From: Octopus vulgaris
Taxonomy: Eukaryota
DNA: 64,000 bases
Direction of reading: 5' to 3'
Assembly (NCBI GenBank): GCA_951406725.2
Contig: OX597824.1
Span: 97,526,001 to 97,590,000 of the forward strand
Made by a program: the position numbers and the translations under genes. Shown piece by piece: positions 27,589 to 40,500 of this stretch. Below the pieces are notes generated by a model that saw only the letters and a list, made by a program, of their open reading frames with translations, did not search any database and had not been told where the DNA came from. The first letter of the stretch is position 1, and each line of letters begins with the position of its first letter.

Positions 27589-27798
27589 ATTTTAAGATGG
27601 CGCCCCAGCATGGCCACAGTCAAATGACTGAAACAAGTAAAAGAGTAAAAGAATATATATTATATATGCGTGTATATATATATAAAATTTACAAAATAAG
27701 GTAAAAAGAAAAATTCTAATGCCAAATATGCCGAAGAATAGACAAAAATTGTCAATAACCATTATAAAATAAGGCCAAAAGAAAAAAAAGGCCAAAAG

Positions 27799-27831
<33 letters not shown>

Positions 27832-28437
27832 GGACCCATAGAGAGATATAGTTATATATTATGGCGCTCATTAATTTCATACGTATTTTGAACACAGACT
27901 CAGCCAAAACTAACTTTTCGGTACAGTTCCGGCATCCGTTTAGAGAAAAAAACAATACCAGACTAATACCTCACCACCTCTCAGACACTGATGGCAGTAA
28001 TGAGGTTTAATGGCTGCCAGCATCCAATGTAAGCTACAAATCTGTGATCAAAGCAATGTTCCTGAAGCCATCATTAAATTTGACACAAAGAATATAGAAG
28101 TTAATGAGGAAAAACCTTACAAGTTAGATCGAATTACTAGAAACAGCAGCCAAATGTTACTCTGTTGTCTGAAAAATGAGGAATCAGTTGGATGATGGAT
28201 ATCCTGATACATGCTATTCTAGATTCAAAACTTCTATAAACTCTGTAGTCCATCGCTGAAGGTGCATGCGCGAAGTGCATGCGCAAAGTTGTAGACTCAA
28301 TAACTTTGTGCATTCGAATCATACCGGACTTATCGAACATAATCTACTTTACGTAAATACAGTTGCACTTTCAACACACACACACACATATGTATGGTTG
28401 TATGTGTGTGTGGACAGACAGACAGACAAACAGACAT

Positions 28438-28517
<80 letters not shown>

Positions 28518-28602
28518 AATTATTGAAGTAATCAAACATATTTCCTAACGCAAAGCCGTATGTGAATATGTAAACAAAGCTAAGCTTCATTATATATATA
28601 TG

Positions 28603-28644
<42 letters not shown>

Positions 28645-28670
28645 TTTGTGTGTGTGTGTGTATGCATATG

Positions 28671-28705
<35 letters not shown>

Positions 28706-28780
28706 ATGCATATGTATGTATGTATGTATATATATATATATGTGTGTGTGTGTATGTGTGTGTATGCATATGCATGTATG

Positions 28781-28817
<37 letters not shown>

Positions 28818-29192
28818 ATGCATATGTATGTATGTATATATATGTAAATACTACAGCTTCCAATGCGTGAAAATGAGTTATTGACGAAGTGCTCAATCAT
28901 GTTATTTGCCCGTGTTAAAACGACCGTCGCGAAAACGATTTGGTGCCGAATGGTCGCCGTCAAAATGGCTGCAGTGTAACATTTCGATTAATTTATAGCT
29001 ATATATTGTGTGTACACACTCCGACCATGCTTAACTGTTCAGTCTAATTTATCGTGCATGCGCTGATGATGGCGCTAACCATTTAACCGTGTTAAATCTT
29101 ACACGAAGTTTACGTTATATATATATAAAGCCTGTATATATATATATATATATATAACATTATTTCTCTCTCTATATATACATATATAACTT

Positions 29193-29241
<49 letters not shown>

Positions 29242-29277
29242 TAACTATATTATATATTTATTTTATATATATACACC

Positions 29278-29475
29278 CGAGTAAGAACGAAAATGTGAAA
29301 CAAGGTGGAAAAAAGAGTATTCAAATACCAGAGGTAGAGTGATATGCTTTATTCAAAATAAGAAATATCACAAAAACTGTTACTCAGAATTTCACATTCC
29401 CGTTCGTCGGCCGGGAACGTGAAACTCTGAGTAACGGCTTTCGTGATATTTCTGCTGCTTTTAAATAAAGTATAT
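29278..29475. mobile_element. Penelope-type terminal fragment folded back on itself (42-bp inverted arms 29361-29402 / 29412-29453)
   Basis: The arms pair at 37/42 positions with a 9-nt spacer. They contain the HHR-like CCGACGA-ACG-GGAA-YGT-GAAA-YTCTGAG-TA. Confidence 0.65.
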
Positions 29476-29496
29476 ATGTGTGTATGTGTGTGTGAC

Positions 29497-30112
29497 CATA
29501 ATAAACAATTTAATTTAGATTGGTTGATTCTCTCTATTTCATTCCCATATGATAAAGGCAAAGAATTCTGCCAACTCTGTAATACTGAACTATTTTCTAT
29601 TCTTTTTCTAAGAATCCCCTTGTAAACACGGTTATAGAACGTGCTTATCGATGTAAACATTGGCAGAAACACACCTTTAGTCCATAAATGATATCTACCA
29701 TTCTATATAATTTGAACATTGATTTTCTTCTTACATTTCACTTCCACTAGATATATCTATTTCCAAGCCTTTAAGCTTTTATTTTAATTCACATATCCCT
29801 CTATATTTCCCCTTTATAAGTTTTCTGCTTATTTCTTTCCTTTACCCCTCCTCGTTCTATAGGCTACCTTTGGCGTTATATCTTCTTACGGGTTTTTAAA
29901 AAAGCTTAATAGCGTTCCGTTCATCATTATATACATCCATCACATTCTGTTAAAATGTCTTGTTGATGAGTTTCGTTTCTTTCTTTCTTTCCCTGATGAG
30001 AAGATTACATTGTTGTACACCATTTTATTTCCTTTGGAATAATGCCAATGTTGTCTTGGAAAAATGTGTCGAAAGTAAAGAATTTGAATAACACCTGCGT
30101 TTAACTTCATTT
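29497..30112 (+). mobile_element. Penelope-like element 3' fragment (GIY-YIG C-terminus plus 3' region)
   Basis: HNKQFNLDWLILSISFPYDKGKEFCQLCNTELFSIL, then after one frameshift NPLVNTVIERAYRCKHWQKHTF*. This matches the PLE W..I....PY..G...C.LC..E...I....LN...E....C.H..K pattern. A decayed CTGATGA..GAAA motif lies at 29993-30082. Confidence 0.75.
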
Positions 30113-30244
30113 ATATATATATATGTTATATAAAATTTATAATTTAGGTATTTTCTGTAAATAAAAGGTCTGAAATAATTATTGATTAATACTAAATATG
30201 TTTTCTAATAAGGATAATTAACGGTTAACTTGACATCCGCATCT

Positions 30245-30706
30245 TATCCAAGCACCCAAAAGACCCAACACTCAGACAAATACGGGAGTACGTCCTTATA
30301 AATGAAACCTCCCCAATACTAAATAGGAAATATACATAGTAGATATCATACCTCCATACCCACAATTTACACAGGTAGAGTAGAATAGTTAGTGGACTGT
30401 TATGTAGATAAATGTATGTATGCAGATGTTTTTTTTATTCTGTAAGCATATGGATATGAAAATAAACAAATCAACATACGGACGGATAGGTACATAGGTT
30501 ATAAGTACAGACGAGCATACATGCACAAATGAAGACTGAAACACATGACCATACACACACACACACTTTACTCCACACAAGGACACATGGGGAGACAGAT
30601 CCACTCATACAGAGATACACATCCATACATACAAACATGGTACATAGTTGCAAAACACACACACACAGACATGCATACACAAGGAGACAGAGGTACATAC
30701 ATATAG

Positions 30707-30745
<39 letters not shown>

Positions 30746-31370
30746 TAAAAGATACACAAACTCGGACATACAAGCACATGAATATGCAGGATACATACAG
30801 ATGCACGCACATACATATATACATATGCATACACACGCATATATACATACATACAAAGGCGGCGAGCTGGCAGAAACGTTAGCGCGCAGGGCGAAATGCT
30901 TAGCGGTATTTCGTCTGTCGTTACGTTATGAGTTCGAATTCCGCCGAGGTTGACTTTGTCTTTCATCCTTTCGGGGTCGATAAATAAAGTACCAGTTTCG
31001 CACTGGGGTCGATGTAATCGACTTAATCCCTTTGTCTGTCCTTGTTTGTCCCCTCTATGTTTAGCCCCTTGTGGGTAGTAAAGAAATATATATACATACA
31101 TACACATGCATACATACATACATACACACATACATACGTACATGCATGCATATAGGCACACACACACTGACCCACACACATATGCACAAACAAACAAAAA
31201 GGAACGCAGTGTAAATAACGGACAAAGTCAAGACTATTGAAAAAGTTGCAAGACGCAACGAAAATTTTAGGAAAATAAAAAAATAAGAAATAAGTAGAAA
31301 TTTCACCGGTGAGTGTGTTATATTATAAGGCACAAAAAGAAAATGACTCTCCCCAGACACATCAGAATAA
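30245..31370. repeat. Unclassified dispersed repeat, copy 2 (interrupted by a SINE at 30858-31088)
   Basis: Colinear with 1553-2292 on both sides of the SINE. Confidence 0.85.
30858..31088 (+). mobile_element. Full-length SINE family C
   Basis: GGCGGCGAGCTGGCAGAAACGTTAGC..GAGTTCGAATTCCGCCGAGG..TTTCATCCTTTCGGGGTCGATAAATAAAGTACCAG..TAGCCCCTTGTGGGTAGTAAAGAAATA. It is absent from the paralogous site in 1553-2292. Confidence 0.9.
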
Positions 31371-32177
31371 AACAAAACTTAGTTTTTCTATTTCAAAATC
31401 CTTTCACTTCTTTATTGGGATTACTCGTCGTAAACACAAATACAGCCTGACCAGTTATTTTACGGAGTTTAAATAGACGTACATACAGAAATTCATATTT
31501 TAATGTTATTATATATATTATCACCGAATATATATATTTTTTAGTCTTGTTTAAAATAGACATGACTCCAAGAACAAACCCTTTACAACATGATTACTAA
31601 CAGAAAGTCGATGTACTTCTAACGGCTTTTTTTAGTGTTTATCCAAGCTACCGACGAGTACAAATTTGACAATTCCGAATTTCTATTATGAATATCTCAG
31701 TCCTTTTATATGAAACAAATTGGCAACACGAGTAATGAAAACAATCAACCATTTTAACATCTAATCTCCTCCATTTACATAAAGAGGAATTTGTTGAACT
31801 GTGTTTAATAAGTTAAATCATATACTGAGTATATATATATTTTTTTTTTTTCATAGGCGCGAAATTTTAATCATTTTTGGGCGATAACTGGTGAGAGATG
31901 AGCATTTGCATGTCTCGTGTGTGAGTTTCCCGTTTGTGCATTTGTCATTCTTCTGTGCGATCTTTGAACATTATTTGTACATACATACGCACACACACAC
32001 TCACATATGTATACATGCATATATGTATATATACATATATAAACATATAGGTATATATATATGTATCTGTATGTATTAGTAAATGTGTGTGTATATATAT
32101 ATATATATATATAAACATATAGGTATATATAATGTATTTGTATGTATGTGCATATAGGTATATATATGTATTTGTAT

Positions 32178-32231
<54 letters not shown>

Positions 32232-33576
32232 TATATATAATGTATTTATATGCTCACATACATTTGTACTAAAATTTGCGCTGGCGTGTGTATCACGTTA
32301 CCAAAAAGTTATATTTGGTGACGATGCTGAGGAAATATGCCATTATTATATTGGACAATAGTGATGATTGGCTTACGTAATAATGACAATCGGGGTATGG
32401 AAACACGTGTAGGTTTTATAGAGCTTAAAAATATCAATAACATTTTTTCTGAGACTATTCTCACACGCATACAAACAGGTGCACGCCCATATGAACGCAC
32501 TCACATATACTCTTCCTTCCTCTCTCTCTCTCTTCCTTTCTAAAATAGATCACCGCATATCAACAAGTATATAGACTCAGGACTGACTCACAGACATTTG
32601 AAACGTACCTGGAAGAGAGAGGACATGTTATTGATGAGGTAGAGAATGGTGACAAAAGGACTGTGACAAACTGACCGATTGTTTTACTAACTAATTAAAC
32701 AAGTGACCTATTAGTAAGTTGGTGAGGCAAGTAGCCAACTGATTAACAATAAAGAAGTGAATTTGGACCAATGCGTGTGTTTATTATTGACGCAATGACC
32801 TTCCCAATTTACAGCAAAATATAGAAATATAGTAGAACAAATAAATAAATTTATTTTGCTGTGAAAAGAAATTTAGTTCGGTGCTTTACTGGACTTATTG
32901 ACTATTAAATTATCTTGGCCGGTGCTATGTTTACGATGTTTACACAGTTGGTCAATAATCAATAGTCTTCGAGTTTATACAATGTGTGAATATGTGTGTG
33001 TGTGTGTGTTTGTATAGGTTAATGCATAAATTCAAGTGTATGTGTGTGTGTATATATACGTGTGTGTGTGCGTGTGTATATTTATGTGTGTATAATCAAT
33101 AAACGTTATATGTACAAACAACGTGTATTAGAGAATCTCCAATAAGCCTTATGTTGTTTAGTTACGGATCACAGCGACTTCCCTGTGGAAAGTTAACATT
33201 TTGTTAATCTCTTCGTGGGATGTATTAAAAGGATGCATTAATTAAAAGGGTGGATTCCCATCTGCTTCATTTCCATAGAGAAGGCGTTTATAAACGGTAA
33301 TCGAACTACGCTAAACACACACACACACACGCACACGCACATTAGATAGATAGACATAACACAGACAGACAGATCGACAGATAGATTGATAGATAGAAAG
33401 AGAGAGATAAAGATAGAGAGAGAGGTAGAGAGAGAGAGAGACAAATAGATAGATAGAGAGATAGATAAAGATGTAGAGAGATATAAAGATAGAGAGAGAG
33501 GTAGAGAGAGAGAGAGAGACAAATAGATAGATAGAGAGATAGATAAAGATGTAGAGAGAGAGAGAGAGTTAGATAG

Positions 33577-33625
<49 letters not shown>

Positions 33626-33702
33626 TCGACAAATAGACCGATCGATAGACAGATCGACAGAAAGATAGATAGATAGATAGATAGAGAGAGAGCGAGAGAA
33701 AT

Positions 33703-33787
<85 letters not shown>

Positions 33788-33807
33788 GAGAGATATATAT
33801 AGATAGA

Positions 33808-34203
33808 GGTGCAGGCGTGGCAGTGTGGTAAGAAGGTTGCTTCCCAATCACACATGGTTCCGGGTTCAGTCCCACTGCGTGGTGACTTGTGCAAGCATCT
33901 TCTACTGACCAAAGCCTTATGAGTGGATTTGATAGACGGAAACTGAAAAAAGCCCGTCTGGTGTGTGTGTGTGCGTCTGTATTTGTCCTCCCCATCACGG
34001 CTTAACAACCGGTGTTGTTGGTGTGTTTACGCCCCGTGACATAGTGGTTCGGCCAGAGAGAGAGAGAGAGAGAGAGAGAGCGATAGAATAAGTACTAGGT
34101 TTTAAAATTAAGTCCAGGTGTCGATTTGCTCGACTAAAATCCTTCAAGGCCGTACTCCAGTATGGCCGCAGTCAAATGACAAACAAATAAATAAAAGAAT
34201 AAA
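33808..34203 (+). mobile_element. Full-length SINE family A (internal microsatellite, CR1-like tail)
   Basis: GCAGGCGTGGCAGTGTGGTAAGAAG..GGTTCAGTCCCACTGCG..GGAAACTGAA..(TG)n..CGATAGAATAAGTACTAGG..ATGGCCGCAGTCAAATGAC. Confidence 0.88.
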
Positions 34204-34227
34204 GGAATATATATGTATATATTTATG

Positions 34228-34452
34228 TCTGTATTTGACCCCTCTTCCCACCCCCACAATTGCTTGACAACCGAAGCTGGTGTGTTTACGTCCTTAGCAT
34301 TAACTTAGTGGTTCGGCACAAAAGACCGATAGGATAAATACTAGACTTACAAAGAATAAGTCCTGGGGTTGATTTCTTCAACTAAAAACCCTTTAAGGCG
34401 ATGCACCAGCACGGCCGCAGTTAAATGAGTGAAACAAGTAAAAGAGTAAAAG
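34228..34452 (+). mobile_element. SINE family A, 3' half, in tandem with the preceding copy
   Basis: GCTTGACAACCG..GGTGTGTTTACGTCC..GACCGATAG..GGCCGCAGTTAAATGAGTGAAACAAGTAAAAGAG. Confidence 0.85.
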
Positions 34453-35460
34453 AGCTTATAAAGCTTGTTATCCTTGGTGGTGGTCATATTTTGTGCAGAA
34501 CCACTCACAAAGTGGAAGCTGCTCGTTATGAGCATTGAGCATTTTGAAAAGAGGCTCTTCGATAATGACAACCGGTTATAGTTTCAAAATACATCAGGTG
34601 GATGCTCTGGAATACATCACCTGCGTTGTTCCTGGGAACTTAGGGGTTTCGGGTCTTTCAACATCAAACCCACTCGCCCAATTGGCCATCCGGGGTTGAT
34701 CAGGTTCTAACTTGCATTCCGGTAGCAACAAACCACCGGTCAACCCTTTGTAGGTATGTGTGTGTGTGTGTGAGAAAGAGAGAGAGAGAGAGAGAGAGTG
34801 TGTGTGTGTGTGTGTGTGTATGTGTGTGTGTGTGCACGCGTGAAGGCGTGCGTGTGCGTTAGCGTGCTTGCATGAGTGTATGTGTGTAGGTTTGTATCAG
34901 TCTGTACAGACAATACCTCGTTTAAGATCTAAGAATATTGGAACAAGATGAGTCTCAAACGCGTGACGCCCTCATTAAATTGTATTTTCAAAGATGTGGA
35001 TTATTTTATAGTTATTGGATTTTAGACGGTTATCATTTTATTGAAATCATCACTTAGAAATTTTGTTGTTTTCAGACATTACACAGACTAGAGGGAGTTT
35101 TTTGCTTTTGAGATGAAAAGTGGAAAATAAAACAATGTAGATAGGAGATATTATTATTGTTTTTTTTTAAAACTGATTGAAGAAAATAATGTTTATGTTG
35201 CGGTTATTTTATATTACCTTTACATTAGAGCATAAAATGTCCCTTTAAAATAGTTGAAAATTATTGCCTTCTAATTGCAAGAATCTCAAATGATTATAGT
35301 TTTCCACAGATAATAAGACGCGTATGAAGCGTTTCTGTACAAAGGCTCACACATGTGTACTTACCCACACACACACACACATACATACATAAATGTTGAA
35401 CGATGAAAATGAGTGCTCAATACCGCATTGGTGGATATAATTTCTTTATTTGTAAATTAA

Positions 35461-35527
35461 GGCTACCATTGGTTTCATGTTAAGAAAAGTAGGAAGATAT
35501 CCGAGTGTCTTAACAATTTTTGAAGCC
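35461..35527 (-). ncRNA. Decayed hammerhead-like motif (U3-A8 type with G5C)
   Basis: The minus strand reads GGC-TTCAAAA-AT-TGTTAAGA..TCTTAACA-T-GAAA-CC-AAT-GG-TA-GCC. All three stems pair, and the core is one base from TTGAAAA. Confidence 0.45.
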
Positions 35528-35593
35528 GATCACAAGGAGAACGGTGTTCGCCTCCATTTTGGAAAGCATCCCGGCTTATATAAATAAATATAT

Positions 35594-35680
35594 ACACGAG
35601 GTGGTTCTGAAAAGTTCCTGGCTTTCAGGGTGTCGCGAAAGGCGTGTGTATAGACCCAAACTTCCGAGTTTCTCAAAGTT
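35594..35680. mobile_element. Mariner-like TIR fragment
   Basis: TACACGAGGTGGTTCTGAAAAGTTCCTGGC resembles mariner TIR starts (TA-CGAGG..GAAAAGT); no partner TIR was found. Confidence 0.4.
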
Positions 35681-36813
35681 TTGATACGTCTAGATTTAAA
35701 ACACCGTAGAAGGAAGGTTTGTCTTCTAACTGCAAAATTTATGCTATTTCAAATCTTACATATCAAACACTGGCGGCACTCCTGCCTGACCCCAGCCTTA
35801 GGGCTGAAACATGTAAAGAGTAAAATAATTTCAAATGCATACTCCCCTATTGTTGATACACACATATAACCAGACGCTACGTATGTCTGAGTGAGTGAGT
35901 GTGTGCTACAGTTTGTAAAGAATAGAAGTGAGAACTCAGCAGACCTCGTAAAATATATCTTTTATTTAAACTAAACGATCTTTCTTGCAACTTCAGAGCG
36001 ATGTATATTTATATGTTAGATAGAGCCAAGAATAAAGTACACACCCTTCGCCTCCTGTCAACTACCAACCCTAATGATTTGGGCACCTCTCGGCAGTATT
36101 GCTCCCCCGGGCAGCGCCAAACGGCATTGGTACTTCCAAGGAATATTCAGGTTTATTATTTGCTCAGACCATAGCACTTTTATTTTATTCCTTTCATCCA
36201 TATCGCCATCTTACAAAACCGAGTGCAGCAGCTGCGATAAACAAACTTCTTTTCTAATTCAATATCTTCTGAAATTTTATTCTTCCTTCTCAGCTTCGGA
36301 TTTCTTTTCGGTTAAAAAGTAATTTTTAAAAATCATTAATTCTGACGCCTGTCTAAGGCACACATGAAACAGCCATCTAAAGCTGTTTTATAAACAGAAA
36401 AAAACACCATAGAAGTAAGTATCCCGGAGAAGGTAATGTCATCGTAAAATAAACATATTTCCAATATCACATGACATATTTCCTGTATCACATGACTTGT
36501 ACACTTTGTATTAGAACTGTTTTATTTTACAATAAATGTAAAGATTATTCTGTTTCTCGATGAAAATTCCGCATTTTCTCAAATGTTTTTCCGTGTTTCT
36601 GATATGCATTGCATATTAATTTCTTCGTGCAATGAAATTTATCAAATGTATTGATATGTAAAACGGCTTTCGTCTTTTCTTGTCTGTCTCTATATACACG
36701 TACGTATGTATGTGCGCATGCATGGAAGTATGCATGTATGTATTTATTATGTATGTATGTCCGTATGAATGCATGTATGTAAATATGTATGTAGTGCAAG
36801 TATCTATGTTGAA

Positions 36814-37100
36814 CATGTTTGTTCCTTCTCGAACCATGCCTGGCTCATAAGGGCCGGTTTTCCGGTTTCCTTGGCGTATAGGTTCCCCGTCTGGACGGGA
36901 CGCCGGTCCGTCGCAGGTGAGCGGTAAGACGCAGGAGGAAAGAGTGAGAGTCAGCAGAAGTTCGCCATTACCTTCTGCCGGAGCCTCGTGGAGCTTAGGT
37001 ATTTCACTCATAAAGACACACACCGCCCAGTCTGAGATTCGAACCCGCGATCCCTCGACTGTGAGTCCGCTGCTCTAACCACACTAGGCCATGTGCCTCC
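36814..37100 (-). mobile_element. Full-length tRNA-derived SINE family D (V-SINE-like 3' domain from recall) with TSD
   Basis: Minus strand: A box TGGCCTAGTGTGGTTAGAGC, B box GGTTCGAATCTC and CCTGCGACGGACCGGCGTCCCGTCCAG..GAAACCGG..TATGAGCC. The TSD is ATCTATRTTGAA at 36802-36813 and 37101-37112. Confidence 0.88.
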
Positions 37101-37939
37101 ATCTATATTGAATGTATGTATAAATGTATGTATGTGTGTATGCATGTATGAATTCATATATGTATGTATACATGTGTGTATGTATGTGTATATATGTATC
37201 AACTAAGTCTAGTACGTATCACATCATTAACAAGGAAAGCCTATTTTACTCTGTTGGTATGCTATAGATGACCGAACAACACATGTCACGCACGGATACT
37301 TTTATCTCGGTTGAGGACTACAAAAGTAACATTTTTAGCTTATTGCAATGCGAATTTACCAAGCAAACAAATAAACACTGCTATTTACATGCAATTATTG
37401 CTAAAATTAATGAGTAAACAGTGCTGTCCAATTAGTTAAATCATTTCGCAAAAATAGTTGCAAATATACCCAATTTGATAGCGTTCAGGTTTACTCCTGT
37501 ATTTCAAAGAAGCTTCTTCTTCCATTTCTGGCTTAGAGTTCTGTGAGAACTTCATCGTTGTTAATGGCATTGAAGCTGATAGCATCATGAAATGCCAGAA
37601 GGTCTCTTGTGTAATTGTGGAGAGCTGTTTGAAGATGCTGAGATCTTCTACGATTGGGCTTAGATCTGTGGACTTGTTTGATGATGATGATGATGATGTG
37701 TGTGTGTGTGTGATCGATTCCCTGATGAGAAAGATCAATGTCACAGACTTTATTGAGATGACGGCCTGTCAATTTCACGCCATATGAGCAGTGACCAAAC
37801 TTAGAAAACCATTATTAATGCATTTAAATGATTTAGTTGAAGAATTACGGTTACCGTAAATCTAAAAGTACATATTTTTACGCTATGTTAGACTTAAGTA
37901 CAGGAAAATATTACACATATCGGAGGCCCAGGGAATCAT

Positions 37940-38140
37940 AAAGCTATCCATCAACAGTCTTGAAGAACTTAGTATACAACATCAGTTGACAAATTTTTAG
38001 TACGTCGTCACATAAAGAAATGTTCAGCCTGTTGTGAGATTTAAGAACAGCGCATTAAATGAGAGCTGTTTGCTCGAAAAACATATTCTACGTATCACTT
38101 AGTGATAAGTGACAGCTGCAAAATGTATCGCAATCGTAAT
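37940..38140 (-). mobile_element. Possible hAT transposase C-terminal dimerisation-domain relic
   Basis: The minus frame EYVFEQTALI*CAVLKSHNRLNISLCDDVLKI loosely fits TY.CEQ.FS....KS..R.RL.....D.L.I. Confidence 0.25.
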
Positions 38141-38903
38141 ATCTGGGTCAACAACAGACTTTTATTTTAAAGAAGTTTACAAGGTCAGTGAACTCTTTGA
38201 AGTGGGAGAAGCTTAAACCAGATAATATTCGGAAGGAATACTTAGTTTTTGCTACTGCGAGTTTAGAACCTGCCTAAACTTCCCCTGGGGTACTTCTCTA
38301 TTGGTTACAGGTATATCAAAGATTTTAACAGGAACTCATTAAAAGTTAGTTACTGCTGGTTAAAAATTACGTTTACCATGTCAATAAAAGAAATTATGGA
38401 AACTATTACAAGAACAAGGTTATCTTTGCTTTATATTTCCGATGCAATTGCATTGCCATCAATTTGTACTTTCTCAGTAGAATGCCTTAATTTAGGGTTA
38501 GTATATTGTTGGAAAGTAAAATTAGCAACCCCAGGTGAATGAGCCTACTTAGGTTTAACCTAACGAAGATTTAAAAGCGGATATACATAAAATACACATT
38601 GTTTTAGATATTAAGAAAGAAGAAAAAGCACCTGCCTTTCACGGTACGTTCGGCAAGTAAATAACAAGAATATAATCAATATTAAAAGGGTTTTAATTAG
38701 TTGTAGAATTCACCAAACCATATTTCTGAGGTGCGTGTCAATTTTCTATATCAGCAGAAAGTTTTTCATTTTGACATTTCTTAATTTGTTATTTACTTTG
38801 AGAAATTTGTTTTACAGACACGCTTATTATACACTAACTGACATTGGTCGCTATCTTTTGAGTCTAAAACTTACAGAGAACTTAGGAAACCTAATCAAAC
38901 ACG

Positions 38904-39010
<107 letters not shown>

Positions 39011-39309
39011 ATGTGTGTGTGTGTCAAACTTATATGTATATATACACCTATCCATCGGACATTTTTATTAATTTGATTATACATATATAGGTAACACATT
39101 TAGTCGCGGTAACAAAACGGATGTGGGTTAGAGTCCCACGCGGATAAGTAAGCCTTCTTTTTTCTGTCAAGAGCTTATATGACCCGTTATTAGACTATTT
39201 TCCTTAATCATTGCACGGTCATCGCTTTAAGCTTATATAAAAATACCATTATTATTATTTATAGGATTGTAAAATACGGCACTGTATAACAAAACCATTC
39301 GCACCGAAA

Positions 39310-39359
<50 letters not shown>

Positions 39360-39361
<2 letters not shown>

Positions 39362-39495
39362 AAAAAAAGTCAAGGTAGAAAATGCTAAAATAATTTCATA
39401 AAAAACATTTCAGTACCGGTTTCAGTCACTAAGACTTTTTCAACTGCAAGTATGGAAAACAATAAAATTTTGGAAAAATTAAAAGAAAAGTTATA
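39360..39495 (-). mobile_element. Small HHR-bearing repeat, copy 1 (copy 2 at 48556-48790)
   Basis: AAGTCAAGGTAGAAAATGCTAAAATAATTT..AAAACATTTCAGT..AGACTTTTT.AACTG..GAAAACAAT.AAATTT.GGAAAAATTAAA is shared with 48556-48670. It sits between (TA)n and (TG)n. Confidence 0.75.
39411..39446 (-). ncRNA. Minimal type I hammerhead ribozyme, U3-A8 core variant
   Basis: The minus strand reads CAG-TTGAAAA-AGTC-TTAGT-GACT-GAAA-CCG-GTA-CTG. Stem I is CAG/CTG, stem II is AGTC/GACT, stem III is the palindrome ACCGGT, and the triplet is GTA. Confidence 0.7.
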
Positions 39496-40306
39496 AATCT
39501 GTGTGTGTGTGTGTGTGTGTGTGTGTTTATTTATACATAAATATGTGTGTGTTTGTATATATATATGTATGTATGTATTTATATACAAAAAGTGTTTTAT
39601 GGCGTCTACACATGAAACTGCTGGATTCTGCTCTACTGTTGCCCCCATCGTTGTTTATATTTACGCCAATCCAATCGAAATGGTGTACTTCTGTCCCCTT
39701 TTATCCTATTTACATTCCTTGTTCAACCCGATTGGATTATTCTTGTAGTTCATTTCGCATTAAACATTCTCCAATTTATATTTTTTTCTCTCGTCCGTTC
39801 GCCATTTCAATTTTATTTCAACACGCACTTCTTCACCTCCATATTTATTGCCCATTTATCCTCGCCTCATTACGTTTATTCTTATTCATTATTATTTATT
39901 CAATTATCAATCGATCAATATTCTTATATATTTTTGTTCTTTTCTCTCGCGAATCCCATTTGTTTTTTTTTTTTCAAATCCAAGTTATTTGTTTCCCATT
40001 TTTCACGAATTTATCTATTTATTAATCAAGGGAGGTTTTACTAGAGTTTTCCTCCAGCCCCTGACCTGACATCATTTAATTACCCACCCACTTCGTACGT
40101 CTTTCTGTCTCTACTTCACTTTCTCTTTCCTCTTCATAAACCATCACTCACGCATCCTCTTCTTTATAACCCCTGCTCACCCCCCTCTCTCTTAAATCAT
40201 TGTTTCTCCACCACCACTCCTCTCCTCTCATTTCTAATCACTTTCATAGTCTTTCTCTCCCTTCCCCACCCGACATACATCGATTCATCCACCACTCTCT
40301 TTCCCC

Positions 40307-40500
40307 CTCTCTCCCCATACCTCTCCTTAACCATCTCTCTCGGCCTTTATCTTTCTCTCTCTCCCGCTCTCTCGCCATACCTCTCTCTATCCATCTCTCT
40401 CCCCATACCTCTCCTTAACCATCTCTCTCGGCCTTTATCTTTCTCTCTCTCCCGCTCTCTCGCCATACTTCTCTCTATCCATCTCTCTCCCCCCATACTT
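40307..40500. repeat. 88-bp tandem duplication within a polypyrimidine tract
   Basis: CTCTCCTTAACCATCTCTCTCGGCCTTTATC.. begins at both 40321 and 40409. Confidence 0.9.

Noticed and set aside
29055-29110. CTGATGA/CTGAAGA cores here and at ~18801, 37722, 43297, 47840(-), 52490, 53590 and 54185(-)
   Set aside because: None has a properly placed stem II plus GAAA plus NUH with a stem I, so none was called as a hammerhead.
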